DNA from: Nitrosopumilus sp.
GTDB lineage: Archaea; Thermoproteota; Nitrososphaeria; Nitrososphaerales; Nitrosopumilaceae
Direction of reading: 5' to 3'
DNA length: 64,000 nt
NCBI GenBank assembly: GCA_965205215.1
Contig: OZ242041.1
Location: 736,001 to 800,000, forward strand
Shown piece after piece: positions 60,777-64,000 of the stretch (positions are counted from its first letter, which is position 1; each line of letters opens with the position of its first letter). The position numbers were made by a program, and so were the translations under genes. Under the pieces are notes generated by a model. It saw only the letters and a list, made by a program, of their open reading frames with translations. It did no database searches and was not told where the DNA came from.

Positions 60777-61364
60777 TCATGGCGTGGCCCCGGCCTGGGT
60801 TTTTAGGATTTTTGCAAACTCCTCAGACAGTTTGCGCCACGCCTCATCCATGCGCTGGACCGGATCGGATGCATACTCGCTCTGCAGTGACTTGCTGCGG
60901 TATGACTGTCCGCACGTGGCATGCACCCAGTTTTCATAGCTTTCCAGCCACCTCATGGATTTAACGAGCATCTGCAGCATCCGCAGCGCCTCCTCCGCAG
61001 TTTTTGGCATTGTGCGTCGCGGAAGCTGGTCACAGCTCCACGTGTTGGGCAGGAGCGAGCTGACCCTGACGAATTTCGGTTCAAACTCGTGGCGCCACAA
61101 GAACAATCCGTCGTTTTTTGCAGAAAACATCATTCCAAAACCCCACAAAAGTACCTGCCCGTTCTGTGTAATGAGCGAATACTGGCTGCTTCCCATGTCC
61201 GGGTTTGGGGGCCTCTGTCTTGTAAAGCCGTACCGCAGCAGCAGGTTGTCTCCGTGCCGTATGTCTTGTCCCATGCAGTACAGCTGCTTTGTAAACAGTT
61301 TTTTCCACTTCTTCTGAAGGCGCTTGGGGACGCGCATCGTGTGGATGTGGGCCGACTTTCCCAT
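60777..61364 (-). CDS. Hypothetical protein
   Basis: Globular aromatic-rich ORF (QLYCMGQDIR..NLLLRYGF...GSSQY...LWGFG...WLESYENWV); start reassigned to ATG 61364. Confidence 0.7.
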   Translation of the reverse strand: MGKSAHIHTMRVPKRLQKKWKKLFTKQLYCMGQDIRHGDNLLLRYGFTRQRPPNPDMGSSQYSLITQNGQVLLWGFGMMFSAKNDGLFLWRHEFEPKFVRVSSLLPNTWSCDQLPRRTMPKTAEEALRMLQMLVKSMRWLESYENWVHATCGQSYRSKSLQSEYASDPVQRMDEAWRKLSEEFAKILKTQAGATP

Positions 61365-61687
61365 TGTAGATCTCTGCGCGGTCATTTCAGATCTGCAACA
61401 AGTCAGTCCTTGGGACATGCGTCTTGGCCCCTGCCTCAGGCACCCCGCAGTCATTTCGTCCTGCAGGCCTCGGCCCTTTCTGGCATCCGAGATGCTGCCA
61501 GGCCTGCCTCAGGGCCCCCATCTCCCGACACCCCGCGCCCGCCCCCGGCTCAGTAATGTCTGCATTCCTTCCAGCCTCGATGTTACAACCTTCATGCTCC
61601 CAATACCCCCATGGCGCCTCTGTTTATTAAAATTTTGAACAATATTAATATTTTTTGATAAAAAAAATCCAAACATTAATAACATTA

Positions 61688-62797
61688 TTGCCCAGACCGC
61701 AACTAGTGTTTGAAACAGTCGTGGTGGGTGCAGGACCGTCGGGAATAGGCGTGTCAATAATACTGAAAAAGTTGGGGATCAACTTTACAGTCCTGGAACG
61801 CAATGCCGTCGGCAGTTCCTTTCTCAAATGGCCAAAGCAGATGAAGCTGCTGACTCCCTCGTTCTTTAGCAACACCTTCAAGATGATAGATCTCAACGCA
61901 ATAACATACGACACCTCGCCTGCACTGACGCTGCAGACGGAGCATCCCAGCGGGCAGGAGTATGCGACATACCTAAAGAACCTCTCAAAGCACTTCAAGC
62001 TGCCAATCCGGACCGGCATCAATGTAAATTCGGTGCTAAAGACAGAGGGTGGATTTGTCCTGGACACCGACAAGGGGAAGATAGAGACCATATTTCTAAT
62101 CTGGGCGGCGGGGGAGTTCCAATACCCGAGGGACAACTCGTTTCCGGGTGCAGAGTACTGCATACACAACAGCCTGATTACCAACTGGGACGAGGTTAAG
62201 GGTGACGATTTTTTTGTCATAGGCGGTTATGAAAGCGGCATGGATACTGCGATTAATCTTGCAGAGCGCAACAAGCGGGTCACGATAATCGACACGAAGA
62301 ACCTGCTTGACAGTGATGAAATAGATCCCAGTAGGATAATATCCCCGTACACAAAGGACAGGCTGAGAAGGGTCAACTCTGCCGAGACGATAAAAATATT
62401 CATCGGGCGCGTGACCCAGGTGGCAAAAAAGCACGACGAGTTTGTAATTTCGACGGGGAAAACAAAGATCCGGTCAAAGACAAGGCCGATCCTTGCCACC
62501 GGTTTTACGGGAGGCCTCTCGCTGATCAAGGAGATGTTCCACTGGGAAGAGGAAAAGGCACTGTTGAATTCCTATGACGAGTCCACAAAAACCCCGGGCC
62601 TCTATGTGACGGGGCCGTTGCTACAGCAGCACAACACGATCTTCTGCTTTATCTACAAGTTTCAGCAGAGGTTTGCCGTGATTGCAAACCACATTGGGAT
62701 GAGGTTGAGCAAGGACGTGTCCGTAATCAACGAATACAAGAAGGAAGGCATGTACCTTGAGGATCTCAAAAGCGTCAAGGACAAATGCCAGTGCTAA
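61688..62797 (+). CDS. NAD(P)/FAD-dependent oxidoreductase (CzcO/flavoprotein monooxygenase-like)
   Basis: VVGAGPSG, WAAGEFQYP, IGGYESG, LATGF, DESTKTPGLY, FCFIYKF, C-terminal CxC; TTG start inferred. Confidence 0.9.
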   Translation: MPRPQLVFETVVVGAGPSGIGVSIILKKLGINFTVLERNAVGSSFLKWPKQMKLLTPSFFSNTFKMIDLNAITYDTSPALTLQTEHPSGQEYATYLKNLSKHFKLPIRTGINVNSVLKTEGGFVLDTDKGKIETIFLIWAAGEFQYPRDNSFPGAEYCIHNSLITNWDEVKGDDFFVIGGYESGMDTAINLAERNKRVTIIDTKNLLDSDEIDPSRIISPYTKDRLRRVNSAETIKIFIGRVTQVAKKHDEFVISTGKTKIRSKTRPILATGFTGGLSLIKEMFHWEEEKALLNSYDESTKTPGLYVTGPLLQQHNTIFCFIYKFQQRFAVIANHIGMRLSKDVSVINEYKKEGMYLEDLKSVKDKCQC

Positions 62798-63019
62798 AAC
62801 CAAGAACTACCGGCCGTCACATGGACGGTAAGCCGTCCCGCTGGAATCGCATACATTAGCGGGACACGATATGCAAGTCCGGCGTGGAACTTGTCATCCC
62901 GGGTCGCAATGCCCTGTTGTAGCGGGCTAATCCATTTGCATTCTGCCCGCACTGGGATCCCGGCGCCCGCTGCATGCGGCACAACCCGGAAACTGCTTCC
63001 TTGGACTATGAATAGAAAA

Positions 63020-63093
63020 TGGACCGGAAGGGATTTGAACCCTCGATCCGATGCATGCCATGCACCTATCCTACCGGACTAGACGACCGGCCC
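63020..63093 (-). tRNA. tRNA-Ala(GGC)
   Basis: Reverse strand GGGCCGG...GGTGC-ATGGCAT-GCATC...GGTTCAAATCC...CCGGTCCA. Confidence 0.93.
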
Positions 63094-63311
63094 ACGGTCA
63101 GCAAAACTGACCATTCTTGCCACTTTTTAATCAATTATTAACGTTAGCACCTTATGCGGCCCTCGTTCACCGCTATTGTCGTAACTGCCTGCTTGGTCCC
63201 CCTACATCAGCCCGTCAGCGTGGTGAGGGCATCTCTACGCGTGACAAACGTCCTTGGAAAAACCAAAGCCGCTGAATTTGTAAAAAGCTGCCGCCCTCTC
63301 CCGTTACTCTT

Positions 63312-64000
63312 CTAGCGGCCGGCAGCCTCCGGGCACACCAGCTCCGGTATCCCTATCCCGCGCAGATACTCGTACGTCCTGTCGTAGTACCCGGGATCCC
63401 TGGTGCCGTCCCCGTCGTCTCCGGGCGGGACGAATATCACCATGCCCTGCCTTGCCCGCGTCAAAAGCACCCTGTACGCGTTCTTCAGGTACCTCTGCTT
63501 GTGGTCCTTGCGTATGTTGTTCCACCTGTCTCCTACAAACTCCTTGTAGTTCCACCCGTCCTCAGTATATCTGAGGTCCGCGTCCCATGCGACGCACGCC
63601 CAGTCAAGCTCCAGTCCTTGTATCTCGAATTCGGTCGCCACGTACTCCAGCCCGTTTGAGGAACGCGGGTCGTCCGGGGGGTTGAGGAACCAGTGGGTGG
63701 CCTTTGGCGTGAGCTCCACGTATATGCCGTGCGGCCTCAGCCGGTACGACTTTGCGGCCGCGACAATCCCGAACCGCTCCGTGCCCCGCGCCCTGCTCCG
63801 TAGCCACCTCTTTGCACGCCCAAAGTCCCTTGTCACCATGATGGGATACTTGTCTATGCCGGACAGCGTGACGCCCGCCGCTCCGGCGTCAAGGTCCAGA
63901 AGAAGCCTGACGAACTCCGACACGTGCCTGCTTCTAAACGACCTTATGGACGTGGCAAGGTGGAGCTCCGCGCGGTATCTGGGGCGTATGCCGCCGAGCA
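63312..64000 (-). CDS. Second DUF2075 / Schlafen-type helicase, C-terminal part (runs off the window)
   Basis: LHLATSIRSFR, RARGTERFG, ATEFEIQGLELDW, NAYRVLLTRARQG shared with 17275..19239. Confidence 0.9.
   Translation of the reverse strand, partial: LGGIRPRYRAELHLATSIRSFRSRHVSEFVRLLLDLDAGAAGVTLSGIDKYPIMVTRDFGRAKRWLRSRARGTERFGIVAAAKSYRLRPHGIYVELTPKATHWFLNPPDDPRSSNGLEYVATEFEIQGLELDWACVAWDADLRYTEDGWNYKEFVGDRWNNIRKDHKQRYLKNAYRVLLTRARQGMVIFVPPGDDGDGTRDPGYYDRTYEYLRGIGIPELVCPEAAGR

Noticed and set aside
1-64000. Many long antisense or overlapping ORFs (e.g. 1872..2837, 12981..14321, 50200..51474)
   Set aside because: Shadow frames expected from GC-rich codon bias opposite well-supported genes

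Overview
This is chromosomal DNA from a high-GC ammonia-oxidising archaeon (Nitrososphaerota/Thaumarchaeota, Nitrosopumilaceae-like). The assignment rests on the thermosome, L37e, Sm protein, Sec11, MptE and the adjacent 4-hydroxybutyrate-CoA ligase/4-hydroxybutyryl-CoA dehydratase pair of the 3HP/4HB cycle. A host-associated, sponge-symbiont-like lifestyle is inferred, not shown. Housekeeping blocks and five tRNA genes are interrupted by four accessory regions. (1) A decayed, nuclease-rich island 3' of tRNA-Val (~15.5-24.9 kb) carries a small PD-(D/E)XK nuclease, a DUF2075/Schlafen-type helicase, an EcoRII-C-like endonuclease and Vsr without a methylase, a NERD gene split by an intact ISH3 element, a PIN-like protein and two degenerate copies of the tRNA 3' end. 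(2) A Liv-type ABC operon between two tRNA-Leu genes has a 1603-aa binding protein made of four almost identical 1158-bp repeats. (3) A cluster holds two further binding-protein genes and an unannotated NMT1/THI5-type pseudogene. (4) A FeoB-like GTPase-transporter, unknown protein and flavoprotein module lies 3' of tRNA-Ala(GGC). Also found: a candidate structured ncRNA and two small genes missing from the ORF track. All calls come from motif recognition by eye, with no database searches.
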